From assembly GCA_035517755.1 (NCBI GenBank), contig DATIYG010000142.1:1-52016 (forward strand): DNA of 52,016 nucleotides, read 5' to 3'. Positions 29,711-38,606 of the stretch are shown here, in pieces. This DNA is from Rhizomicrobium sp. Lineage in GTDB: Bacteria; Pseudomonadota; Alphaproteobacteria; Micropepsales; Micropepsaceae. The first letter of the stretch is position 1; every line of letters starts with the position of its first letter. Both the position numbers and the translations under genes were made by a program. Under the pieces are notes generated by a model. That model did not search any database. It worked only from the letters and a program-made list of their open reading frames with translations, and had not been told where the DNA came from.

Positions 29711-32443
29711 ATGGTTCGCCGAAATCGCTCGAAGGAATCAGAGACTCCCGGCCGTGGCGGCAGGTCTCAAGAAGGAAGGGTGCGCGCCAAGCGCAAAAAG
29801 GAGGCGAAGCGCGCGCTCAAGGCGCAACAGAGCCGCAAAGGTGAAATGCGCAAAGTCCAGGCTGACTTCGGCGACACCGGTGACGCCAGGAAATTCCTCA
29901 TGGCAGGGGATTGGAGTGCGGAGGCATACGAGCGCGTGCTGTCCGAGTCCACGATCGCCATGCCGCACGAAGAGAACGGCGAGGAAATCCTGGAAACCCT
30001 TAGCCATGCCAACGGAAGTCCGAATGGCGAGGAGATCCTGGAAACGCTCGCCAATGCGTCCGGAATTCGGCACGAGCACGCGCATCATCACGCCCCAGAA
30101 CGAACCACAATTCTGAGAGTCGCCTTTGAAGGCATCCCGGAGGCCGAAGAGGCAGGGCTTGCTGCCGCACTGAGGGCGCAGTTGGGCGCGGCGATGTCCG
30201 TCGGCACGATGGCATCGGGATCCAGTCTGCTCATTCGGCGCCCACCTTCCCTGATTGATCCGGGCGCCGAGCCTGTCGCCAAGCCTGCGCACCGCCCGAA
30301 ATTGCAGATCGTTCTCGACGAAATCGAAACTGAAGCCTCTGCGGGCGAGCATCGAGCGGTTTCCAGATTTGCCGCCGCCGAACGCGCACACATTGTCGGC
30401 GTGAATGATCTGGTGCGTCGCTACGGCACAGACAGGATGCTGGAGGGTTCAGCTCTCGGGGCGTTCGGGCTCGAAGTCGTCGCTGATGCGATCTTGATCG
30501 TCGCTGCGCAGCAGAACCTGTTGCCTGCAGAGTTGCATGCCTCACCTTTGCGTTCGGCGCCAAACGATTTGATCGAAGCATCCGATCTCGCCCAGAAACC
30601 GCTCGATCTCCTGTCGAAGCTGAGCTGGGATGCGCCCACTCCGCCGAAGCTTATCGAGGCGCGTCTTTCGCGGTCTGCCTTGGAGGCATTTGCGGATTCA
30701 CAGATCGCGCTCGAACATCGCGGGTCGAGCCGTCTGTTGCCGATCGGCGAGTCGATCGATTGGAACGTCCCGCTGGAAAGCGAACGGGAGGCGGCTTCTT
30801 TTTTCGGCCTTAGCTTTTTGTCTTCCGTTCTCCTTTACTGGTACGTCAAGGCCAGCGGTAAGACCAACGATGATCTGGCCGCCATCGATAAGACCCTGAA
30901 GGAGAAGGGCGTAACCGCAAGCGCCCTGTTGTCGCGATCCGGTTCGATCATTGCGGACTTCGCAGAACAGTGTCGGCCCTCGAAGACGCCGTCAGCGTGG
31001 ACCAGGCCGGCGCTGGTTCAGCGAGCCAAGGTCCTGTTGTTGTTCCTGCTCGCGTGCCGGGCGGCTGCAAGGCGCCGTATCCGCTTCGACGCTGCCCTGT
31101 GCACGCCGGCCTTTCTTGGCCTTGTCGATGCGATCGAATTCCTCCGGCGCGATAGCGGGGCCGCAATCGGCCAGGAGGAAGGGATTTCGCAAATCGGTTT
31201 CCTCGTCGGCATCGCGCTCCCTCTTCGGCGCATGACGTATGGCCGAATCCTGCTGGAGGAATGCTTCAATCACCTAGCGACGTTCCACCTGGCAGCCGGC
31301 CTGAGCGAGGATGGCGTCTGGCGTGGCACGTTCGAGGAACATTGCGGAACGCTCAAGGCGGCAGTGACGCTTCTTGTCAGCGTTCGCGCGCTGAAGCTTT
31401 CCGCTGCCCTGCCTGTTTCCGCCGCCGCGGAACAGATGACGGCGTTTGTTGAGGCGATGCTGCGCGGAAACAGCCTGCCGCCGCCGATCAATCACATTGC
31501 GCAGGTATCGCACGAAAAAAGCCTCAAACTTGCGCGCACGGCTCTTTCCGTGCCCGGAGCCAAGCCGATTGAGCCTCGCGCGACCTATGTCCTGCCGGAT
31601 ACCGGCTACTTCATCAGTCATACACGTGGCGAACATGGTCCGGCGTCGTCGCAACTCGTTGTGCACGCCGCTGCCGGCGACGTGCGGCACAAGCGCCCCG
31701 GCAGGTTTTCATTATCGTTCTGTATCGGCGATACGGACCTCGTGATCGGCGGCGGCGCCATCTCCCGCAAGGTGCCGAAGGACATTGCGGCGATCCTGCG
31801 AACGGATCTTGCGTCCGGCAACGAGTATCGGGTGAACGGCACGAGCTATGGCGCGGCTGAAAGCGTGGCGCCGGATGCAATCGCGCTCGAGCGCAGCTGG
31901 GAAGGCCGAGGCTGGGCCGCCGCCACCTTCGTCAACACGGCGCACGCAGATGCCCGGATCAGGCGGACGGCGATCCACCTAAAGCCTGTTCACGCACTGC
32001 TTGTGGTGGACGAACTCACAAGCAAGAGCGGCTCGGAATGCGTCTTCGAGCAATTCTGGCATCTTGCGCCGGACATGATCCGGCAAGGGGACTTATATCA
32101 ATTTGCAACGACCGCGCCCGGCTGCCTTTCCGTCGCTTTCGATTCCGGTGGCAGCGGCCCCGATGTTCTTGCTGCTTCGACCCCGCAGGACAACCCAATC
32201 AGCTGGTCGGTGTCGCGCGACGGAGAACTAGTTCCTCATCCAGTCGTGCGCCGCACGCTTTCGACCGGCAACGGTCTTGCAGTTTCACTCTTCCAGTGGA
32301 GCCGAGAGCCGGCGCCGCTGAATTTGAGACACGGCGGATTGCAGGAAGATGGCTGGATGATTGAGGCGCTTGGCAAGTCCTTTGAGGTCCGCTTTGCCCT
32401 GCGTGGCGATGACCTTGCACGCCTCGACAAATCAGAGACCTGA
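29711..32443 (+). CDS. Heparinase II/III-like protein (divergent, motifs eroded)
   Basis: A helical region with LSEDGVW is followed by a beta-sandwich-like C-terminus (LPDTGYFI, LSF...DLVIGGG, RRT...LLVVDEL, FEQFWHLAP). There is no signal peptide. Confidence 0.6.
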   Translation: MVRRNRSKESETPGRGGRSQEGRVRAKRKKEAKRALKAQQSRKGEMRKVQADFGDTGDARKFLMAGDWSAEAYERVLSESTIAMPHEENGEEILETLSHANGSPNGEEILETLANASGIRHEHAHHHAPERTTILRVAFEGIPEAEEAGLAAALRAQLGAAMSVGTMASGSSLLIRRPPSLIDPGAEPVAKPAHRPKLQIVLDEIETEASAGEHRAVSRFAAAERAHIVGVNDLVRRYGTDRMLEGSALGAFGLEVVADAILIVAAQQNLLPAELHASPLRSAPNDLIEASDLAQKPLDLLSKLSWDAPTPPKLIEARLSRSALEAFADSQIALEHRGSSRLLPIGESIDWNVPLESEREAASFFGLSFLSSVLLYWYVKASGKTNDDLAAIDKTLKEKGVTASALLSRSGSIIADFAEQCRPSKTPSAWTRPALVQRAKVLLLFLLACRAAARRRIRFDAALCTPAFLGLVDAIEFLRRDSGAAIGQEEGISQIGFLVGIALPLRRMTYGRILLEECFNHLATFHLAAGLSEDGVWRGTFEEHCGTLKAAVTLLVSVRALKLSAALPVSAAAEQMTAFVEAMLRGNSLPPPINHIAQVSHEKSLKLARTALSVPGAKPIEPRATYVLPDTGYFISHTRGEHGPASSQLVVHAAAGDVRHKRPGRFSLSFCIGDTDLVIGGGAISRKVPKDIAAILRTDLASGNEYRVNGTSYGAAESVAPDAIALERSWEGRGWAAATFVNTAHADARIRRTAIHLKPVHALLVVDELTSKSGSECVFEQFWHLAPDMIRQGDLYQFATTAPGCLSVAFDSGGSGPDVLAASTPQDNPISWSVSRDGELVPHPVVRRTLSTGNGLAVSLFQWSREPAPLNLRHGGLQEDGWMIEALGKSFEVRFALRGDDLARLDKSET
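29975..30058 (+). repeat. Tandem 48-nt-period repeat encoding NGEEILETL(S/A)(H/N)A
   Basis: Compare aacggcgaggaaatcctggaaacccttagccatgcc (29975) with aatggcgaggagatcctggaaacgctcgccaatgcg (30023). Confidence 0.85.
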
Positions 32444-32481
32444 CCGCGACCGGTTGCGGTGGAACAAGGACTTAACCCATA

Positions 32482-35103
32482 TTGGGGCTCCTGTGTATGT
32501 GTGGGGAAGCTGTGGTGCCTGCGGGTTGGCGAGGGCAGTTGAAGGTTGCGGGCGCCGCCTTGCGCGGATGGCTTGTCGACGTTGCCGATCCACGCGAGCC
32601 GGTTCGATTCAATCTCCGGATCGACGGTCAGTTCCGCGGGATGTATGTGGCCCACAAGCCAAAAGCCGTATTGATGCGGAATATGCCGGATGTGGACACG
32701 GCGTTCGCGTTCGATATTCCGGTCGCGCCGCATTGGATTACCGGCGAAGTCCAGGAGATTCGCCTTGAGGATCCCGGCGATGACGCAGGCGGCTGTCTGC
32801 TGCGTTCGTCTCTCGGCCCCGCTGCGGGAAAGCACCTTTGGCCGGACCAGATCGCCGGTGAAGCACTGATCGGAGCGTCGAAGTCCCCCGGCTTTGCTCG
32901 TGGATCGAGGAGAGCGTTGGAACTTCCCGGTGCGCGCGAGGCGGCGGACGAGGGGCGCTGGCTCGACGTCGCGCGTCTTTGGCTCGATGCGTGCCTCGAG
33001 AATCCCGGGAGCGAAGATTGCCTGGACGGACTTCAACATTGTGCCGCAGCCGCCGGCGCGACTGCCGACAATCCGGCACGTCTGCGCGAAGCTCTCGAAG
33101 CCTGGCACCTGGTGAGCGAAGTCGCGCCGGCTTCCGCGATTGCGCGCCGCGGCCTGGTCATCTGTCACACGGCTCTCGCGCGCGACGCCGAGGCGACAGG
33201 CGATTTGCTCGCGGCGCGTGCGAACTGGAACGCCATTCTGGATCTACTGCCGGACGATCCCCATGCCGCACAGGCGCTTCGCGGACTGGACGGCGAATCC
33301 TTCTCCCGTCAATCCGTTCCAACGAAGTTTCGCGGCCAGGTGAAGGTCGCGGGCAACCTCATCCGAGGATGGCTGCTGAACATGGCCGCGCCGCGCGAAC
33401 CGGTCGGCTTTTGTCTGCGTATCGACGGACAGCCGCGGGGCGTGTTCGTCGCCGGACGTCCGAAGGCCGTGCTGATGCGGACCATGCCGGACGTGAGCAT
33501 GGCGTTTGATTTCGAGATTGCCATCTCCCCCGACTGGGTGACTGGCGGAGTTCAGGAGATCCGGATCGAGGATCCGGGCAATTCCGATCTCGATCTCGCA
33601 CTGCGAGCAGCGCTTGGCCCCGGTGCCGGGGAATGCTTCTCCGCGGATCGCTTCGCTGGCGAAGCGACGATTGGCGCCAATGCAGCGGCGGGTTCCCAGG
33701 CGGCATCCGGCAAGCCGGACGACATTGGCCGGGTCTTGCGCGCCTGCATGACCTCGTTGCGTGAGGGCAAGGTCGATGCGACCCGCCATGCGCTCAAGAG
33801 CTTCTTCCGCGCCGATACCGACATGGCGCGTCGAGACATGGCCAATGCGCTGGGAGTGCTCGCGCGCGAAGAGGTTTCACCCGACGTCCGGCGCAGCCTT
33901 CTGATCGACCAAATCGAGATTCTCCGCATTCTCGCGGAATCGGGCGATCGCTCGATCCGTATCAATGGACAGATCGGCCTCGCGGCGGCGCTCTGCAGTG
34001 TCGGCCAATACGGCGAGGCGGCAGCCGCTGCGGACCAGGCACTGCGATGGATGCCGAACAGCGTCAAAGCCCTCGTCACAAAAGCAAAGGCACTCGTCCC
34101 GCAAAACGCGATCGATGAAGCCCGCGCGCTGTACGAACGCGTCCTCGACATCGAACCACACAACCAATCCGTCCGTACGACGCTGCGCATTCTCACGACT
34201 CTGGCGGAAGAAGATGCGCCGGAAGCCGAACCCGCAATCGTTGCGATCCTGCCGGAAGGCTCGCCACTTGACCGGCTTTTGGGTTCCTCCCATTCAGGCC
34301 CGCGGGCGTCCAACTGGATCTGCGTAACCGGCGCGCGATCCGATGCAGACGTCACTCCGTCCGACCTGGCCGCGCTGAATGCTCAGACGGCCCGGCATTT
34401 CGGTTGCGCAAGGATTTCCAGTGGCGATCGCGAAAAATCCTTCTGGCGGCGAGATGCCATCGTCGGCTTGATTGAAAGCGGCCTTGTAAAGGGCGCAGAC
34501 ACTGGCGAGTCGCTGGATGCGTTTGCAGCGCTCTATAGCGGGCCCCAAACGCAAGCCTCGATCAGCGTGTCTTCGCGCGGCACCGTCATGGTCACGTCGC
34601 GCAATGGCGGGTTCAAGTTTGGGGGTGGAGAACACTTCATCGAGAGCGCTGCAGAGCACTATGCTGAAATAGGTTTTTCTCCTGTCATCGTCGGCACGCG
34701 TCCTGAATTCCGCGGCGAGACGCGCGTAGAACAGGGTCTGCGCTACGCCTTCATCGAGGAGAGCGTTGCGGCTTTCCGCAAATTCGTCATCGAAAACGAC
34801 GTGCGTCTGGTGCATGCGATCTCGGGTATGGGCTTCCTTGTTTCGGAGGCGCTGAAATACAGCAACATTCCGTTCGTCTACGGCGTCCATTTCTGGCGGG
34901 AATTGCTTGGCAATGAGCAGGACGCCAATTACTTCGACGGCGAGGGCAAGCCCATCCCACGCAAGGAATTTCGTGTGATCCTGGCGCGCGCGGCAACGGT
35001 CTATGCCAATTCCCGCTATACGCAACGGACGATCGAGGACGGTTTCGGCGTTCGCTGCCCGATCATCTATTCTCTGCCGCGCGAGATTTCGAGATCAGCA
35101 TGA
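32482..35103 (+). CDS. Multidomain protein: duplicated beta-rich domain, TPR-like repeats and the N-lobe of a GT4
   Basis: Two copies of RGQ.KVAG...RGWL...LRIDG...EDPG and a TPR GQYGEAAAAADQALRWMP. The C-terminus has FGGGEH...VHAIS...VHFW...VYANSRYT. The start is uncertain. Confidence 0.75.
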   Translation: MGLLCMCGEAVVPAGWRGQLKVAGAALRGWLVDVADPREPVRFNLRIDGQFRGMYVAHKPKAVLMRNMPDVDTAFAFDIPVAPHWITGEVQEIRLEDPGDDAGGCLLRSSLGPAAGKHLWPDQIAGEALIGASKSPGFARGSRRALELPGAREAADEGRWLDVARLWLDACLENPGSEDCLDGLQHCAAAAGATADNPARLREALEAWHLVSEVAPASAIARRGLVICHTALARDAEATGDLLAARANWNAILDLLPDDPHAAQALRGLDGESFSRQSVPTKFRGQVKVAGNLIRGWLLNMAAPREPVGFCLRIDGQPRGVFVAGRPKAVLMRTMPDVSMAFDFEIAISPDWVTGGVQEIRIEDPGNSDLDLALRAALGPGAGECFSADRFAGEATIGANAAAGSQAASGKPDDIGRVLRACMTSLREGKVDATRHALKSFFRADTDMARRDMANALGVLAREEVSPDVRRSLLIDQIEILRILAESGDRSIRINGQIGLAAALCSVGQYGEAAAAADQALRWMPNSVKALVTKAKALVPQNAIDEARALYERVLDIEPHNQSVRTTLRILTTLAEEDAPEAEPAIVAILPEGSPLDRLLGSSHSGPRASNWICVTGARSDADVTPSDLAALNAQTARHFGCARISSGDREKSFWRRDAIVGLIESGLVKGADTGESLDAFAALYSGPQTQASISVSSRGTVMVTSRNGGFKFGGGEHFIESAAEHYAEIGFSPVIVGTRPEFRGETRVEQGLRYAFIEESVAAFRKFVIENDVRLVHAISGMGFLVSEALKYSNIPFVYGVHFWRELLGNEQDANYFDGEGKPIPRKEFRVILARAATVYANSRYTQRTIEDGFGVRCPIIYSLPREISRSA

Positions 35104-36527
35104 GCCCGTCGAACTACGTTCTTCTCACGAACGCGAAGGCGGACAAGGGCTACAGCTTGCTGCTGGATGTTGCCCGCCTTGTGCCGGACATCCCGTTTCT
35201 CGCGATTGCAAGCCAATCCGACATTGAAGATGCGAGACACGCCGCGCGCAATCTTGCCAACGTGCACGTCGTTTCGCGGGTCGACGACATGGAGCCGGTG
35301 TACCGGGGCGCCCGGGTTGTGGCTGTGCCGAGCTATCTCTTCAAGGAGACGTTCAGCCGGGTCTGCATCGAGGCGCACCGTTACGGCAGGCCGGTCATCG
35401 GATCCGACCAGGCGAACGTTCCGTTTCTCTTGAGCGAGTCGGGAATTGTCCTGCGACACGATGCGGCCGCTTGGGCGAGCGAACTCCGGCGCTTGTACAG
35501 CGATAATGACTACTACGAATCGCGGTGCACGCTCGCACGTGAAAATTCGGCGCGCTATCCCTACGCCGGACAGCGGGCCGCGATTCACCGTGTTGTTGAT
35601 GCGGTCGGTGCGTCCACATTGATTGCGGTGGGGTCTGGGCTTGGCAACATGCTGCATGTAACGCCCATGATCCGCAACATTGCGAAGCGCACCGGTGCCC
35701 CCGTGGATGTCGCGGTCGCGCAGGATCACACCAGCAGTCTTTTCCTTCTGCACAATCCGCAATATGTGAATGCCGTCTATGCCCTGACCCGGGCGGCGCT
35801 CCACCGGCGCTACAAGACTGTCTTCGTGACGCACTCCTTTGGCATCGCGCGCGTGGCGTTCGAGGGGGAGCGGGTGCTTTGGTCGCGCGACTGGGGCGCC
35901 TTTCGCGCCGACGGCATGCATGAAACACGCTTCAATCTTGAAGCGGCGAAGCATCTCCTTGGAATTCCCTACGACGAAGACGATCTCGCCGGCTATTTCG
36001 TCGGCGATCTCGAATACCGGCCCCCGCGCGAGACACTTATCGGGATTCATGCCGGCTCGAAGGGCGGCGTGTGGCTGGCAAAGCGCTGGCCTTATTTCGC
36101 AGAGCTGGCCGAGCGGCTCAGGAATCGCGGGCATAGGGTCGCGTCGTTCGGTACCGCGGATGAATATGTCGAAGGCACCGAGAATCGCACCGGCGGCTCA
36201 ATTCAGGAGATGTGCGAGGCAATGCTTTCCTGCACGCATTTTGTCTCCAACGACAGCGGCCTCATGAACATCGCGAATGCGCTTGGCATTCCGGTCCTGG
36301 CGATCTTCGCGCCCACCAATGCCGACACGCGTTTGCCGCTCGGCGGCAAAGCTCAGGCGATCCGCCTGCAAAAGCCGTGCGCACCCTGTGAGGTCAGCGA
36401 CCCGCAACGGTTTACAAGCGGACGCTGCAACTGCATTGGTGAGATTTCGGTCGAGCGCGTGGAAGATGGCTTGCTGGGTCAGATGGCATCGCTTGAGGGA
36501 CAAAGAGGGGAACTGGAATACGCATGA
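35100..36527 (+). CDS. Fusion of a GT4 C-lobe and a GT9 (heptosyltransferase-like) domain
   Basis: The N-part has KG, VPS, ETFSRVCIE (EX7E) and PVIGSD. The C-part has GLGNML..TP, IGIHAGS, KRWP and SNDSGLMNIANALGIP..IFAPT. Confidence 0.82.
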   Translation: MSPSNYVLLTNAKADKGYSLLLDVARLVPDIPFLAIASQSDIEDARHAARNLANVHVVSRVDDMEPVYRGARVVAVPSYLFKETFSRVCIEAHRYGRPVIGSDQANVPFLLSESGIVLRHDAAAWASELRRLYSDNDYYESRCTLARENSARYPYAGQRAAIHRVVDAVGASTLIAVGSGLGNMLHVTPMIRNIAKRTGAPVDVAVAQDHTSSLFLLHNPQYVNAVYALTRAALHRRYKTVFVTHSFGIARVAFEGERVLWSRDWGAFRADGMHETRFNLEAAKHLLGIPYDEDDLAGYFVGDLEYRPPRETLIGIHAGSKGGVWLAKRWPYFAELAERLRNRGHRVASFGTADEYVEGTENRTGGSIQEMCEAMLSCTHFVSNDSGLMNIANALGIPVLAIFAPTNADTRLPLGGKAQAIRLQKPCAPCEVSDPQRFTSGRCNCIGEISVERVEDGLLGQMASLEGQRGELEYA

Positions 36528-36925
36528 GCGTTCTTTTACCGACATCGATCGGTGACGCGATCGACAGAATGACGATTCTCGAAATAAAAGGCGAGAAAAT
36601 CAGCGATCCCGCGAAGCGGCAAAACGTGTTGGTTGAGCTTGAACTCGTCCGCAAGGCTCTTGCCGCGTCGGTCGAGCGCAACGCGCAGATGGATGATCTT
36701 GCCCGGCAACTCAAGGCCGTCAATGCCGAGCTCTGGGATGTCGAGGATGCGATCCGCGAATGCGAACGGCACCGCGATTTCGGCGGGGAGTTTGTTCGCC
36801 TGGCACGGTCCGTTTATCGCACCAACGACCGGCGGGCCCAACTCAAGCGCGACATAAACCTCCTGGCCGGGTCCGCGATTGTCGAGGAAAAGGCCTATTC
36901 CGACTACGGTGCGGGGGCGGCCTAG
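36524..36925 (+). CDS. DUF6165-like helical protein
   Basis: Has SIGDAIDRMTILEIK, VNAELWDVED, LARSVYRTNDRR and IVEEKAY. ATGA overlap with the GT9 gene. Confidence 0.8.
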   Translation: MSVLLPTSIGDAIDRMTILEIKGEKISDPAKRQNVLVELELVRKALAASVERNAQMDDLARQLKAVNAELWDVEDAIRECERHRDFGGEFVRLARSVYRTNDRRAQLKRDINLLAGSAIVEEKAYSDYGAGAA

Positions 36926-37051
36926 GGCCGCCGGGCTGGCAATTTGTCTTCAACGGCGTCGTTGCCACCGGCGCGGCCGCCGCTTAAATTGTCTGCATCG
37001 GCGACAAGCTAACGTCTTGCGCCGACGGGCGTATTTGGTCGAAGTGGCGGT

Positions 37052-37825
37052 ATGTGGAAAGACCTCAAAGCACAGATCGACGTCATCAAGGCGCTGACGA
37101 TTCACGATCTGTCGGGACAGATGAAGACCCTGAATTACGGGTACGTCTGGCTAATCCTTGAGCCGATCATTTTCATCGGATTCATGCGCCTGGCGCGCTC
37201 TGCCTTCAAGGCGCTGGCGCCGCCGGATGGGATGACGCCGCTCGCGTTTTTTACCATCGGCGTTATTCCGACGTTCATGTCGTTCCAGCTGATCAACAAA
37301 ATCTTTTCGATCGTCGGCTCTCCGTCAGGAATGCTGAAATTTCCGAATGTCACGCCGGTCGATATGGCGCTCGCCTCGGCTTGTTCCATCTTCTGTACCT
37401 ATTTCATGCTCTTCTGGGTCTTCCTCATTCCCGTCTCGATTTACGAAGGCTGCTGGCCGCCCCGCAATTTGTTTGGCGTCATGATGGCATTCATCGGCAT
37501 TTTTCTTCTCAGTGTCGCGCTGGGTTTTGTCCTTAGCGCGGCGTACCGCGTATTTCCGCTGATGACGAAATTCTGGACCATGGTGCAGCGTGGCCTCAGG
37601 ATGGTCTCCGGCATGTTCTTCGTGATCACCATGCTGCCAATCAGCGTGTGGCCTTACCTCACCTGGAACCCGCTTCTCCATCTCACGGAGTTGTTCAGGC
37701 AGTATTGGTTCATGAGCTACAATTCCCCGATCGCGAGTCCCATGTTCGTCATGGAGTGTACGCTTGTTCTATTGCTGTTGGGTCTTTCGCTGGAGAAATT
37801 CATGCGGCGGGTTCCATACATATGA
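37052..37825 (+). CDS. kpsM: Capsular polysaccharide ABC transporter permease (KpsM-like)
   Basis: Has GYVWLILEP, about 6 TM helices, SGMFF and WNPLLHLTELFR. Confidence 0.85.
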   Translation: MWKDLKAQIDVIKALTIHDLSGQMKTLNYGYVWLILEPIIFIGFMRLARSAFKALAPPDGMTPLAFFTIGVIPTFMSFQLINKIFSIVGSPSGMLKFPNVTPVDMALASACSIFCTYFMLFWVFLIPVSIYEGCWPPRNLFGVMMAFIGIFLLSVALGFVLSAAYRVFPLMTKFWTMVQRGLRMVSGMFFVITMLPISVWPYLTWNPLLHLTELFRQYWFMSYNSPIASPMFVMECTLVLLLLGLSLEKFMRRVPYI

Positions 37826-38535
37826 TCGAGTTCGTCAAGGTCTGCAAACGGACTCGCAAGACGATCACGCCGATCGTCTATGAGGATCTCAGTTTTCGCA
37901 TCGAAGATGGAGAACGCGTCGCGCTGCTGGGAGGACCGGCGTCGGGCCTGAACGTCATTCTCGAACTGATTTGCGGCGCCAACGCGCCGGACCAGGGCCG
38001 CGTGATCCGGACCGGAACCTTCTCCTGGCCCATCCCGGATAGCAGTTTCTTTCACAAGCATCTGAGTTTTGTCGGCAATGCACGCTTCATCGCCCGCATG
38101 TATGGCATGCAGGAATCGACCTTTATTCCGAGAGTGATGGAGATGGCCGGTGTTGAGGATCTGAGAGAGGAGCGGCTTGATCATTGTCCGAAGGGCGTTC
38201 TCGGGCAATTTTCGTTTGCTCTGGGTCTTTTCGTGCCGTTCGACACGTACATCTTCACGAAAGTCGGCGTCGGTAAGGGTGAGATGCTCGAGCGGATCCA
38301 GGGCGCGATCGCCGAGTTGGGGCAAAGGAGTGGTCTTCTGATTGCCACCGGACAGCCGAAGGGATTTGAGGCGTTTTGCGACAAGGCCTACGTACTCGAC
38401 GAGGGCCAGGCCTTCTACTACGAGGACCTCGAGGCCGCGCAGGAGCATCTGAAGCGCAGCCTGGCAAAAGCGCCGGCTGAGTTGGAAGAATTTGCTGAAG
38501 CTCCCGAAGAGGAGCTGCTTGATGACTTCTTTTGA
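37822..38535 (+). CDS. KpsT-like ABC ATP-binding subunit with degenerate Walker A/B motifs
   Basis: The KpsT scaffold is present (MIEF..V.K, PDQG.V, SWP, N.RFIARMYG, F.FDTY, FCD) but GGPASGLN replaces GxxGxGKS and YIFTK replaces hhhhDE. ATGA overlap with kpsM. Confidence 0.75.
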   Translation: MIEFVKVCKRTRKTITPIVYEDLSFRIEDGERVALLGGPASGLNVILELICGANAPDQGRVIRTGTFSWPIPDSSFFHKHLSFVGNARFIARMYGMQESTFIPRVMEMAGVEDLREERLDHCPKGVLGQFSFALGLFVPFDTYIFTKVGVGKGEMLERIQGAIAELGQRSGLLIATGQPKGFEAFCDKAYVLDEGQAFYYEDLEAAQEHLKRSLAKAPAELEEFAEAPEEELLDDFF

Positions 38536-38606
38536 GCGTGGCCTGTCTGCTTGCCGCGAGGGAGCTCTTCGGCTAGGGATGCATCATAGGGAAAGGCGGG
38601 ACGCCT

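Noticed and set aside
38491-38535. The KpsT-like acidic tail (LLDDFF) as a mimic of the SSB C-terminus (DDEIPF)
   Set aside because: The resemblance is short and low in complexity, and lacks the conserved Pro-Phe ending.
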